Positions 42,321 to 53,331 of a DNA stretch of 64,000 nt are shown here, piece by piece. The notes under the pieces were generated by a model. It searched no databases. It was not told the DNA's origin and worked only from the letters and a program-made list of their open reading frames with translations. Numbering within the stretch: the first letter of the stretch is position 1; each line of letters starts with the position of its first letter. Made by a program: the position numbers and the translations under genes. The stretch lies in assembly GCA_029717555.1 (NCBI GenBank), contig JAMDHS010000036.1:1-64000 (forward strand), given 5' to 3'. Source of the DNA: Peribolospora baueri (lineage: Eukaryota).

Positions 42321-43567
42321 TGGATGACGTCGGTGGTAAGTTTGGTTCGAGTTTTCTGCTCGCTACCTCTCCATAACGTCGCGTACGTTGCCTCGCCATC
42401 CCTCCCCTCTCTCTCTCTTTCTTGTTCTTGATGGGGGCGTTCTTCTTCTTCCCTCACTTCTCCTATATTGCCTCCCTTTCTTTCTCTTCCCCTTTTCTTC
42501 CCTCCCTTCCCCGACGTTTAATAGTTCCTTTCGTCGAGGCCGTTTTAGTCGATATGGATGTATCTGTCCTGCCTGCATACCCGTCTCCCTCGTGTCTGTT
42601 GTTCCCCTGGTCGTCTTTCTCGGAATATTCGAATGCCAGCCTGCCAGCATGGAGAGCGGAGCGCAGCCACGGACGTGAGCAGCGAAGCGCGTCGAGTCTG
42701 GAGTGTTTGTGCGCTCCCGATGCTCATGTTCGTCGGAAGGCCCATATCATGCCAAGTTCAGTAAATACATCCCTTCACCATTGCTCCTACGATCGAAGGG
42801 GAGTGGATTCCGTGGCTTGCCAGCGCGGGTGGCAGACGACACTCGAGTCCCCCCACCTTTGGGGACTGACTGACTTTGAGCGCTTGACAGCCCAGTTCAC
42901 TATCACGCGCAAGGTGGGAGGGCGGCTGCGGCATTCGACCGCGTCGGGGAGATATGGGCGGGTTAAAGTTGCATGTTCGCCTCGGCCGATATGTAACCGT
43001 CTCACTCACCAAGCGCCTCCCACGTTGCGGGCGGCGACTGGAGCGCTGCGAAGAAAGCGAAGCCAGACCTGCAACAACAGGGCCAAAGCAAGGGAGGAAG
43101 AGGAGGAGGCAGGGGCTCGACGCGAGGTGAGTGTGGTGTTCGCCGTCGTCGCCGTCTTAGCGAGGAGGGGACAACGGAAATATTTCTCGACGTCGTCTTT
43201 CATATTCATCTTGCTGCATCCCTCTGGCTGTCTCCACTCCCTCCTCCTCCTCCTACTTCCTTCTTTCCTTCCTTCCGCCATCGTCATCTTCATCGCCGTT
43301 GCCATCGCCTTCGATGCTACAGCATCCTCACCACCACCATTCTCATCATCCACAACTACACCGCGTCGCCCTCGTTTCTCCTCCGTGCATCCTCAGCGAT
43401 CGGCCCACATTCATCCGTCCCGCTCGCACCGCCTTTGATAGCGCCGAGCAAAGAACACGGCAACCAACCCGCGCTCGCCGATGTGCACCGAACGGCCCTG
43501 AGCAACCATCATCACCTCCTCCGTCGGCCCCTCCCATTTACGTTCTCCATCCGCCCTCGGATCGGCG

Positions 43568-46414
43568 ATGGAAGGCGGGGATCTCTGGGCGCGAAAGGAG
43601 GACACGTACGCGGACCGAGGAGGGAGTGTCGAAGGATGGGCGGGGCGAGGGCCGCGAAGGTCTTCCTTGTCCTTCTATATACCCAAAGCTACCGCCTACT
43701 CTGATACCGACGACGACGACGTCGGCCGTTCGCCCTCCCCGAGCGCGACCGCTTGGTCTTCGGCGTCGGTGACCAGCAGTGGTGACTCGTTCGAGGCGAG
43801 CGGCTCCGCATCCGCGCCCATGACCAGGAGCACCAACGACGGGCACGCCTTCTCCTCCACCCCTCCTTCGCACCAGGCTGAAACGCCGCTGTGGTGGGAG
43901 CATGTCCTCCCGCCCGGCCAGCTCAGTGAGCGATTGAGGCAAGCGCAACGAGGTGAGGACGTAGGGAAGACCGGCGGCGTCGACGTAAACGCCGGCCCTG
44001 GTTCATTGCGTTTTCCAACTCGTCCTGGCGAAGCGGAGCGAGCCTTGGATAAGGCGGCGGGGAAGAGGCGAGCCGTGGAGGGGATTGTTCCATGGGGACG
44101 TTTGACCAGCGAGAGCGGCTCGGATGCCTCGAGCTTGGAGGGGGAACAGGAGGACAAGGACGCCACGAGCATGGACAAGTCGGTCGGGCAAGGGGAATCC
44201 TCCCGCTCCAGCCGTCTCTTGAACAGTTATGAGCGGGGCACGTTGCAGCGCCGTACCGCCAGCATTACCGCTACCTACAGGCACTACTCCGTGCCATATG
44301 ATGACCTTGACGCACCACCTTTGGACGGTCCCGCTTCGGTCCCTTCTTCTTCCCCTAGTCAGCGATCCAGGCGGCCCTCCCCAGCGCGCCAGCGTCTCGG
44401 CTGGGACGGTCTACGCTTTGAGCCCATCTCTCACTATGAGACTGATGGCCGAGCGTCTTGGGCGGGTGATTCCACGGAGACACCCGTCGCGCTCGAGACC
44501 AACACTCGTAACTCTCTCGAAGGCGGCTCCACTTCCGATCCCTTCACCTGCGGTCCTCACCGTCGGCCTATCGTCACCGGTTCGTCTCGCTCAGCGCCGA
44601 CGAGCAAGGCTTCTTCGTATGCCAACCTGCGCGGTCTTTTCCAATTCCAAGACGACACGGCAGCTTCAGAATGTAACGATGGAGTCTGGAGTGAGCCAGA
44701 CGATACCGGAAGTAGCACTCCCACGGCGGCGGCGGATACGGGAAGTGGGACGGCGCGGGGACATGCACGATCAAAGTCTGGGCGTGCGAGGCGAGAACGT
44801 CGAACTCGAGCTGCTGCTCCTTCGGCGCCAGCTTCCAGTTACGCCACCGCCCGTCAGACACCTTACGAATCTGGCTTGGCCACCCCTTCCAACTCTGGTC
44901 GGCCCAGCGCCAACGACGTCAAGGGGCCCGCCGACCCCCTGCGCCGCGTCGCGCAGGAGCCAGCTAATGACGACCCACCTTCCTCCAATTCCTCCACCCC
45001 GGACATCGCCGTCTCTTCTTCTAGCCACTCGGTTGACGCGACGAAGCTATCGCTTTCGCGCAGTTTGGCGAGGCCCTTTCGACCGCTAAAGCCGGCAGTT
45101 GTGTTCCTCTCGGTCTCCTTCTTCGCCGTGACGACGCTGATGACTTTCCTGTTCATGAGCTACGTCCTGACGGTATGGGACGACTTGAACGCACGTACGC
45201 GCATGGCCGGTCGCATCGCCGGAAGGGCGACACGGCGGATCGAGGCGGGGATGAGGTGGGGGAAGGAGGTGGTCGGACAGTTGGCGGATGGGGCGAGAGA
45301 GGTGGTCAGTGGGGGCGGGGCTGGGTCGGGAAGCAGTGCGGCTAATAGTGCCAGGGGCACGCCCGCCGCTAGCAGAGGGGAGCCTGCCGAAGGGTACGGG
45401 TACGGAGAGGGGGGCGCCTTTGGCCGTCAAGGCGATGGCGGTCGATCCGGTTCGACGTCATCTTCGCTTCCGGGCGTGACGACAGACGGCAGCGCCGAAA
45501 GCGGCGGCGGCGGTGGGAACTGGTACGGACTGTCGGACTTTGTGGACGCCGACTTTCAGCTGTACGGCCGGACTCCTTATCAGGCACTGTTCGTGTACCT
45601 GGTGCGGTTCGCCAGGAGGTTTGTGCCTTCGGGGATCAAGTACATCTGGAAAGCGGGTGCGAAGAGGAGAATGAGGAAGGGCAAGAGGGAAGGCCGCGGC
45701 ATGGGAGGAGGTTTCTATGACGGAGCGACGAGGAGCAACGACGGTCGACGGTCGAATTGGAGGAGAGACGACTACGATACGGGTGTCACAAGTGCCGGTA
45801 CGATCACGTCTACTACCGAGGACGACGAGGACGAGACGGGCGTCACATCGGACGAAGCGACACAGCGATCTCGACAGCGACAGCAGCAGCAGCAACGCCC
45901 CTCTCGAGCCCCGTCTCCTTCGCGCTCACGACCGGGCTCGAGCTCGTCGCGATCAGGTGGGACAACGGACAAGGGCGGTCGCACACCTTCCTCCTCCGCC
46001 CTCCCTCCACGACCACCACTGAGCGTGCTCATCTCGTCCATCCTCTTCACCATCGTTGTCGCTCTCATCTCTTCCTTTACGCAATCTATCGCGAACCGGC
46101 ACAAGGCCGCTGCCGCCGCCGCCGCAGCGGCAGAAGAGCGCTCCTCGCCTTCTTCTTCTGGTGGTTTCGCCGCCGCTGCAGCTGCTTCGGGGCGAGCTAT
46201 ACCGCGACGGTGGCGACGGAGACCTGCGATGTCAACTGCGGCGGGAGTAGCAGCAGCGGCGGCGGCGGCGGAAAGTAGGAGAAGTAGAAGCGGAAGGTCG
46301 AAGAGGAGTAGTAGGACGGGGAGGAGGTCGACGACGACGAGTGCGAGCTGCTCGGATTGGGATAGCGATGGTGCTGTGTCGATGGGCGGGGACGAGGATT
46401 CCAGGTTTTGTTGA
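43568..46414 (+). CDS. 948-aa low-complexity protein with 2-3 predicted TM segments, function unknown
   Basis: Uninterrupted 2.85-kb ATG-initiated ORF. Hydrophobic stretches are VVFLSVSFFAVTTLMTFLFMSYVLTVW and LSVLISSILFTIVVALISSF. Confidence 0.75.
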   Translation: MEGGDLWARKEDTYADRGGSVEGWAGRGPRRSSLSFYIPKATAYSDTDDDDVGRSPSPSATAWSSASVTSSGDSFEASGSASAPMTRSTNDGHAFSSTPPSHQAETPLWWEHVLPPGQLSERLRQAQRGEDVGKTGGVDVNAGPGSLRFPTRPGEAERALDKAAGKRRAVEGIVPWGRLTSESGSDASSLEGEQEDKDATSMDKSVGQGESSRSSRLLNSYERGTLQRRTASITATYRHYSVPYDDLDAPPLDGPASVPSSSPSQRSRRPSPARQRLGWDGLRFEPISHYETDGRASWAGDSTETPVALETNTRNSLEGGSTSDPFTCGPHRRPIVTGSSRSAPTSKASSYANLRGLFQFQDDTAASECNDGVWSEPDDTGSSTPTAAADTGSGTARGHARSKSGRARRERRTRAAAPSAPASSYATARQTPYESGLATPSNSGRPSANDVKGPADPLRRVAQEPANDDPPSSNSSTPDIAVSSSSHSVDATKLSLSRSLARPFRPLKPAVVFLSVSFFAVTTLMTFLFMSYVLTVWDDLNARTRMAGRIAGRATRRIEAGMRWGKEVVGQLADGAREVVSGGGAGSGSSAANSARGTPAASRGEPAEGYGYGEGGAFGRQGDGGRSGSTSSSLPGVTTDGSAESGGGGGNWYGLSDFVDADFQLYGRTPYQALFVYLVRFARRFVPSGIKYIWKAGAKRRMRKGKREGRGMGGGFYDGATRSNDGRRSNWRRDDYDTGVTSAGTITSTTEDDEDETGVTSDEATQRSRQRQQQQQRPSRAPSPSRSRPGSSSSRSGGTTDKGGRTPSSSALPPRPPLSVLISSILFTIVVALISSFTQSIANRHKAAAAAAAAAEERSSPSSSGGFAAAAAASGRAIPRRWRRRPAMSTAAGVAAAAAAAESRRSRSGRSKRSSRTGRRSTTTSASCSDWDSDGAVSMGGDEDSRFC

Positions 46415-46943
46415 TGATCCTGTATCGGCGTCCTTTCCCAGTCGACGTCGACGTCCTCCTTTCCATTGGCTTTCTCCTTTTGTTTGCGTGTGTGCTCTAG
46501 TCAGTGTGTCCTTCTAATCTCAAGGCCGCCGACGTCGTCTCCATCTCCGTCTCCATCTCTCTACGACTCTCGCTGTTTACTCTCTCTCATTCTTCCCAGT
46601 CCATCCCGTTCCCCGGTTTTCATGTGGCATCCATCCCTACTACGCATTTTCAGAAGTTTTCTTCTCCCTCTCTCGTTCGTTCATGTCCTCGTCTCGGTCT
46701 CCCATTCCCCTGGATGCCGGGCGGATCTTTGAAATAATAGCGGGATACCCCGAGCGTCCATTCGTCGTCCAATATCGAGCGCGCTACATACGTACACGTG
46801 TACGATCTGCACAGTCGGCCAAGAAAGCCAGCCATTCCATCGATCGGTCCATCGTACCGGTGCGGAAGGGCATCGGCATGGGTCAGCCAGCCTTTGGGTC
46901 GGCTAGCCCGCATCTTGGGCGGACAGACAACCTTGTGAGGTGT

Positions 46944-47628
46944 TCAAGCCGGGGTGGCGCCAATCTCCTGCGCAACCTGTGTCACAATCAAATCACGCAT
47001 ATCACGTACGCGGGACCGCCGGCGTTCATATCATGAGCGACATTTCCGGCAAGCGCCCGTGGATGGATACCGCTCCTCTTACTCACCTCCTGGGAAAAGT
47101 TGAGCTGGTTGCCCTGCTGGTCAGAGTAGATGCAGAACACCCTGGCTTCCGTGTTTGTGTTCTGGCCGGAGAAGTCGCCTGGTAGGGGGAGCCCGGGGGG
47201 AGAAGCATCTCATCAGCATCGGGGATAACGGGAGAGAAGCGCGACGATGAAGGGCGAGAGGTGCGAGGACGCACCGGGTTGACAGTAGGTCTGCTGGAAA
47301 GTGACATCCGAGGCCGGCTTGTGGTTCACCGCGGCCCACTCGGCGCTGTAGTTCTGGCTGCAAGCGGGCGATACAAGTCGATCAGCGTCGGGTCGGCACA
47401 AGAGATGGGGGAACTCGACCGGCCGCTCTCTCTCGAGACTCACCACGCAGAGTTGTAGGCGTCACAGAAAGCGGTGCCGTCCTGGGACTGGTGCTGGACA
47501 AGAATGCGGTTGTCCACACGTTTGGCGAGCGTAGTAGCTTTGCCATGCTCGATAGGCGTGGCGAGAGCGGGGGCGGCCAGGACGGCGCTGGCTGCGGCGG
47601 CGAGAAGGAAGGAGGAGACGGCGACCAT
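46944..47628 (-). CDS. Small secreted 4-Cys protein (about 130 aa) with propeptide and Kex2 site
   Basis: Exons 47628-47444, 47357-47275, 47178-47087 and 46976-46944 join in frame with GT-AG ends. Signal peptide MVAVSSFLLAAAASAVLA is followed by ...LAKR. TATAA lies about 100 bp upstream. Confidence 0.82.
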
Positions 47629-48655
47629 GTGGGGCAGCTTTGAAATAGAAGACGAGGAGAAGGAGGGGGGCAAGACGAAAGACGAAAGAGATGGTGGAGA
47701 CGGTGGCGGAGGAGGTGGAGCCGCACTCCTTATATCTTGTTCTTGTTCACGTCGGCGACATGGAAGTCGTTACGGCACGGCACGTAGGCCGACGACAGCC
47801 GGGCTGAGGATTGCGCCGGCGCGAGGCTGACGGTGCTAGAGAGAGGAGGAAGGTGGTGAGCACCGCCTCAGCGAACGAGACATGGACGGCGTTGCGATGC
47901 TGCGCTGCGAACGGGCCACATGCTGAGCGTGGAGAGCAAGAAGAAGGAGCAATGCGGCGTAAGCGTCCCCACAAGCACGCCGGACCGGCCGGCCCGCGGC
48001 ACAGCCAGCCAGCCAGCTAGCTGTACGCGCCACACTAATGCCAGCCCTGGTCGCACAACCTTGATGACTCGGAACGGCCGGCCTGGGCGAGGCTGAGGCG
48101 AGGACGGTCTCGTGAAGGCGCTGACGGTCAGTCTCGACAGCACTTCCGTACATCCGAACTGAACCAACTACAGTCAACCCTGTCCGGTAGTATACGGGTC
48201 CCTATGCATGCCTTCGCATAGTGCATAGCGTTCTCCCTTTCCCGTTTGCTCCCCAGCCAAAAATTGACAATCCCAGCCAAAACACGGGTCTATGTATATG
48301 CTTACTAAAACCTACCGCATATTGCATAAGCACTGACACCGGTGCCCGCCTACCATCTCGGCATGCATAGTTAGGGTCAGGGTCACGTGCATCCTCGCGG
48401 GTCGTTTCTGTTGGAGTTTGGCGGCGACGAGCACCGTGGTTACGCGGCTGAAAGCGGACATGACTTATGTAAGCAGCTGTACTGCTACTCGGCCTAGTTC
48501 TCGCCCGTCTTCCTTCTTCCTCTGCGGTTTTCCTCTTTGTATGCTCTCTTAACAACCACAAACCAGTAACATCCAACTTTCGTCCACCTCCAGTTCTAAC
48601 ATTACTACAGTTTAGCCATCTCCGTCGTCCGCGTCTCACCCACTGCCTCTTCAAG

Positions 48656-50146
48656 ATGGATCTGCCGATGAACCGAAGAATCAATTGCGATACGGCAACG
48701 TAACGCTCAAAAGCTCGCCTCGCCGTGTTAGACTATCTTCGTGATCCCATGTGAGTGGATAACGCATTGCTGCAGCGATAAGCATGCGGTGAGAGACTGA
48801 CGCATTTATTTCATTGTCTAGGTGACTCAATCGAGCATCTCAAGGTGGAGGAAGCAGTACGGCACGATCAAAGTCAACGCCGGTGATGGGCAGCATCCGG
48901 AGCTAGAAGCGGCGCTCGTCTACTGGATCACTCGCGGTCGTACGGGAGGAGCGCGAGCGGCTTTACTCTGTCGTCGGAGAATGCAAGGATGAGGACGTCT
49001 TCAATGCCGAGGACTCGGCACTCTTCCGCTGGCTAGCTAGGGAGAACCGCCACGGAACCAAGGGAAACAAAGTGAGCTTTCCTGCGCCTTTTTTCACGAA
49101 TTCCTTCAAGGTTTAGCACGCTGACGCTTTGCTTCGATGGTTACAGGTACGCTTAAGCATCTTATTTTGTCGCAACACGGACGGCAGCGAGCGTTTAGAT
49201 CCTCTGGTCACCGGCCGCGCGTGGCCGCCTCGATGTTTCAAGGGCAAAGTCGGCTCTGAATACGGGTTTGACTACCATGCCAACAAGTCGGCCTGGATGA
49301 CATCATCTTCAACAACTGGTTGACGACATGGAACGTGAAGCTATCTCGTCAAGGTCGCGAAGATCGAATAGTCGACAGCTTCTCTGGCCATTCCAGTGCG
49401 CCACCTCTAACCAACATTCGGCTCGAGTTCTTTGCGCCCAGCATGACGTCCCACATCCAACCTCTGGACCAAGGTATCATTTGCGCTTTCAAGGCCATTT
49501 ATCGCCGCAAGTATCTGCAGCACGTTTTGGACAGAGTTCGCTGGGAAGGAGGATGATATCTGGTGCATCGACCAGCTCACGGCCATGAATTACACCTAAC
49601 AATGCTTGGAGGATATCAACTCATCCATTGCCAACTGCTTTCATCGTGCCGGTCTCAAGCTGCAGCTGTCTGAGACGAGCGGTGAAGATCAAAGCGTCGG
49701 AAGCGCTTCCGCTCCCATTAACATGGACGCGGCCGACCTCGAAGTTTCAAAGGATGCTGGCGTGGAACTTGAAGTACAAAAGCTGGACGACCAGGTCAAT
49801 GAGCTCAATCACCACGTCATTCAGAATCGGATGAGCGTTGGATTCTTCCTGAACTCTGTGGACGAACAAGAGGTGCACGAGTCCAACATGGGAACGGAGT
49901 CTCTCACGATAGAGGAGTTCATTGACCTTCAGAGAGCTGGTTGCGACACTGAGGAGGGAGCGCCTCCTGACCCCGTGAGGTGGTGGTCTTGCTTCAAGAA
50001 GAACACCATAAATCGGAAAACATCGTACGCCAGCTGCGCTACATCCGCGAAGCAATTTTCACCAAGCCACGCACAGAGAAGTGGCTCAAGGTGCAGGAGT
50101 ATGTCACTCAACTCAGTATGTCACTCGAAGATCGGTTTGTTTACGC
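48656..50146 (+). pseudogene. Frameshifted and deleted pogo-family transposase
   Basis: HTH remnant HPELEAALVYWI; DVFNAEDSALF; RLSILFCRNTDGSERLDPLVTG; ANKSAWMTS; FFAPSMTSHIQPLDQGIICAFKAIYRR. These lie in broken frames. Confidence 0.88.
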
Positions 50147-50171
50147 TATGATGATCATCATGTCAACGAGC

Positions 50172-50700
50172 AGCGTAAACAAACCGATCTTCGAGTAGAC
50201 AAGAGCCACGTCTCCGTGCGTGGCTTTGTGCAAATTGCTTCGTGGATGTAGCGCAGCTGGCGTACGATGTTTTCCGATTTATGGTGTTCTTCTTGAAGCA
50301 AGACCACCACCTCACGGGGTCAGGAGGCGCTCCCTCCTCAGTGTCGCAACCAGCTCTCTGAAGGTCAATGAACTCCTCCATGTTGCAACAAAATAGGATG
50401 TTTAAGCGTACTTGTGACCATCGAAGCAAAAGTGTCAGCGTGCTAAACCTTGAAGGAATTCGGCGCAGGAAAGCTCACTTTGTTTCCCTTGGTTCCATGG
50501 CGGTTCTCCCTGGCTAGCAGCCCTCGGTCGGGAGGCATGGCATAGAAGAGTGCCGACTCATCGCATTGAAGACGTCCTCATCCTTGTATTCTCCGATGAT
50601 AGAGCAAAGCCGCTCACGCTCCTCTCGTACGAACCTCGCGGTCAACCGAACCTGCTTCACCGTGAAGAACGTGGGAGCGTGGCTGATGCCGTTTCTTGAA
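50172..50700 (-). pseudogene. Internally deleted transposase remnant of the same family
   Basis: ERERLCSIIGEYKDEDVFNA and VRLNILFCCNM are joined directly to EEFIDLQRAGCD, so about 750 bp of the DDE core are missing. Confidence 0.85.
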
Positions 50701-51246
50701 AGGCACGCGACCCTCAACCCTAACTATGCATGCCGAGATGCTAGGGACGGGCACCGGTGTCAGTGCTATGCAATATGCGGTATGTTTAGTCATATAGACC
50801 GGTATTTTGGCTGGGAGCAGTCCGTTTTTGGCTGGGGAACAAGCGGGAAAGGGAGATCGCTATGCACTATGCGAAGGCATGGTTATGGACCCGTTTGCTA
50901 ACATACAGAGTCGACTGTATACGAGATCGGCGGTGCGTCAAGACGGGACGGGACTGGACGGGACTAGTCAGTCGGCCCTCTGGCTGGCCGACTGCGGTGC
51001 AAACTTGGGAGCGGCCTACAAGAAATTTTGTCCGCGATCGATGCAAGCCAGGGAGGGAGGCCAATGGCAGCGGCGCGGCAGCCGACGAATGAATGGTATA
51101 CCTAACAGACGATGAGGCCGGCAACAAGTTCTCGTCGGGGAACGAAGAAGGAAGGAAGGTACAGAACAGAACAGAACAGAAAGAGCAGGGAGAATGAATG
51201 GATGGCCGGCAATTCGCCGGCTTGAAACGCCGCCGGTCACCGCTAG

Positions 51247-53137
51247 CTACGAGCAACACCTCCTCCACCCCCGCATCCTTTCCGCGCTCTTGCCGTCGCT
51301 CAGCCGGATCGCCCTCCTCACCGCGTCCTCACCCGCAGGGTCCCCCTCGCTTGGGTCCCACCCTCTCCCGACGCCGTACCCGTGCTTCGCCCCACCCCAC
51401 CAACCCTCCGCCTCCGCCCTCGCCACCGCCGCCTCCCACTCACGCAGCTGCGCGACGCGCGATGCCACGTGCTGGAAGATCTCCGCGACGCCCTCGCCCG
51501 TTCGCGCCGACGCGAAGAACAGCGGCATCGAGCCGTCGTCGTCCCACATCCCGTCCACCAGTCTCCGTCGGGCTGCCGTGCCTGGCGGACGTCGCCGCTC
51601 CTGGGGAGGAGACGGAGGCGGGGAGGGTGAGCCGGAGCGAAGACAGTGGCGTCCGTTGGTGATCGTGGAGACGCCAGATGCCGCCGCTGTGGGCGTGAGC
51701 GCAGGCGTGTGCGTCGTCGCATCTTCCGCCGGCGTCACGTCTTCCTCGCGCACCTCGTCTTCGTCTACCGGACCGCTCGGAAACGGGATTGGGTCGCCGC
51801 TGGGCAGCCGGTCCAGCACGATCGACTCTTCTCCGTCGTCCCCTTCCATCGCCGATCCGCCAACGGATTTCCCCGTTCCAGGCGTCGTCCTGCCTCCGAA
51901 CAAAGGCAAACCATCCCCGATGGTCTGTGAGCCCACGAAGAAGCTGTTCGTCGGCGTATGGTATATGCTAGCAGACGTGGCGTTGCTCGACAGTCGCGTC
52001 CGAGGCGTCCGCAGATGTGCCGGTGCTGCTGACGAGAACGACGACGCCGGTGGTGGGCTCAGTCCACCGCCGGTAATCGTAGCCATCGAGCTTCGCGTCG
52101 TTGTAGACGAGGTGGAGACGACTGACGACGAAGGAGGTGGGCCGCCAGAAGGTATGGAAGGGAGGGTGGAGGTGGGCTGCGGTGGAAAGATATCAATGGA
52201 GCGAATGATGGACTGTCGCTTGGAGGAGGAGGCCGACGATTGGATGCCGTCCGTGTCCGCGTTTTCTCCATCGTTTGTCGTCGCCCGTTCTGCACTAGAT
52301 CCATGGGCAGGCTCGCCGTTGCCGTTGGCAGACGTTAAAGTTCCAGCAGACCGCTGATGGCGGTCTCGGGCGAAAATCGACTCCAGCTCCTCACTATTCG
52401 CTTCCTCCTCGCTGTCACCTACATCCGCCGCGTTTGCCGCCCTCGCCGCTCTTCGTTTTCTTCGTGGCGGCATCATCTCGTCGAGCACCTGCCTCGCTGC
52501 TTCCTTCGACACCACCACTCTCTCCTTCCCAGTTCGAGCGTCTATCGTCCGAGTTCCCTGATACTTGTCGCGCAGGTCTGACTTGTTCCCGACGGCCACC
52601 CAGCAGAAGCTCCTGACCTTCTCCTCGGCGATGGGCGTCCTCATCTTGAACTCTTCGAACCAGGCCCGAATGTTCTGGAGCGTTTCAGGTCGAGAGGCGT
52701 CAAAGACGAGAATGCAGGCATCCGCGCCTCGGTAAAATGCGGCGCCGAGGGAGCGAAAGCGCTCCTGCCCCGCAGTGTCCCATATGCTGAGCTGGACAAG
52801 CGGAGATGAAGGGGAGGAAGGGTCCGACGGCAGGGTCTTGGTGATGAAGTCGGCGCCGATAGTGGCCGTGTAGCTCGGAGAGAACTTTCCGGAAAGAAAC
52901 TGGTTGCGTAAACTGGTCTAATTACGGCACAAGCCACATGGTATGAGCGATGAATGTAATAGATGGGGGTGAGTGAGCTTGTACTCAAGTCGTCGGTCGG
53001 TACGGATTCATGGACGCAAGGGTCGAGTCCTTGGACGCCTAACCGGCCCTCCACGCCAAACGGACGAGTTGTCCGAGATCACTCACCTTGCCGACGGAGC
53101 CGTCGCCAATCATGACGACCTTGAAATAGTCCTTCAT
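51247..53137 (-). CDS. Atypical Rab7-like small GTPase with a very large G4-G5 insertion
   Basis: G1 GDGSVGK-TS; YTATIGADF; G3 WDTAGQERFRSLGAAFYRGAD; G4 GNKSD; G5 FASARTGEGV; C-terminal CCS prenylation motif. Confidence 0.9.
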
Positions 53138-53331
53138 TTTGGCCGAGCAGTGAGGCGGTGTGGTGAAGAGCACATGGACGATGGCATAGGGATATGGTTG
53201 TTGCCGATGTTGTTGTCTCAGGGGCGGAGGCGTGATCGGACGGCGTTGACGATCACCGCAGCCGTTTATTATTATATGGCCGATAACGCCCATCACGACG
53301 GCCACTCGCTTCTCGCCTCCATCACTAAGCC

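Larger units (their letters stand above)
48171..50917. mobile_element. Foldback composite of two decayed pogo/Tc5 (CENP-B/DDE_1) DNA transposon copies
   Basis: TA|CAGTC...GACTG|TA ends; about 220-bp imperfect outer inverted repeats; inner inverted repeat about 49912-50146 versus 50172-50378. Confidence 0.9.

Noticed and set aside
51194..52357. 387-aa plus-strand ORF
   Set aside because: It is antisense to the Rab-like gene and is low complexity.
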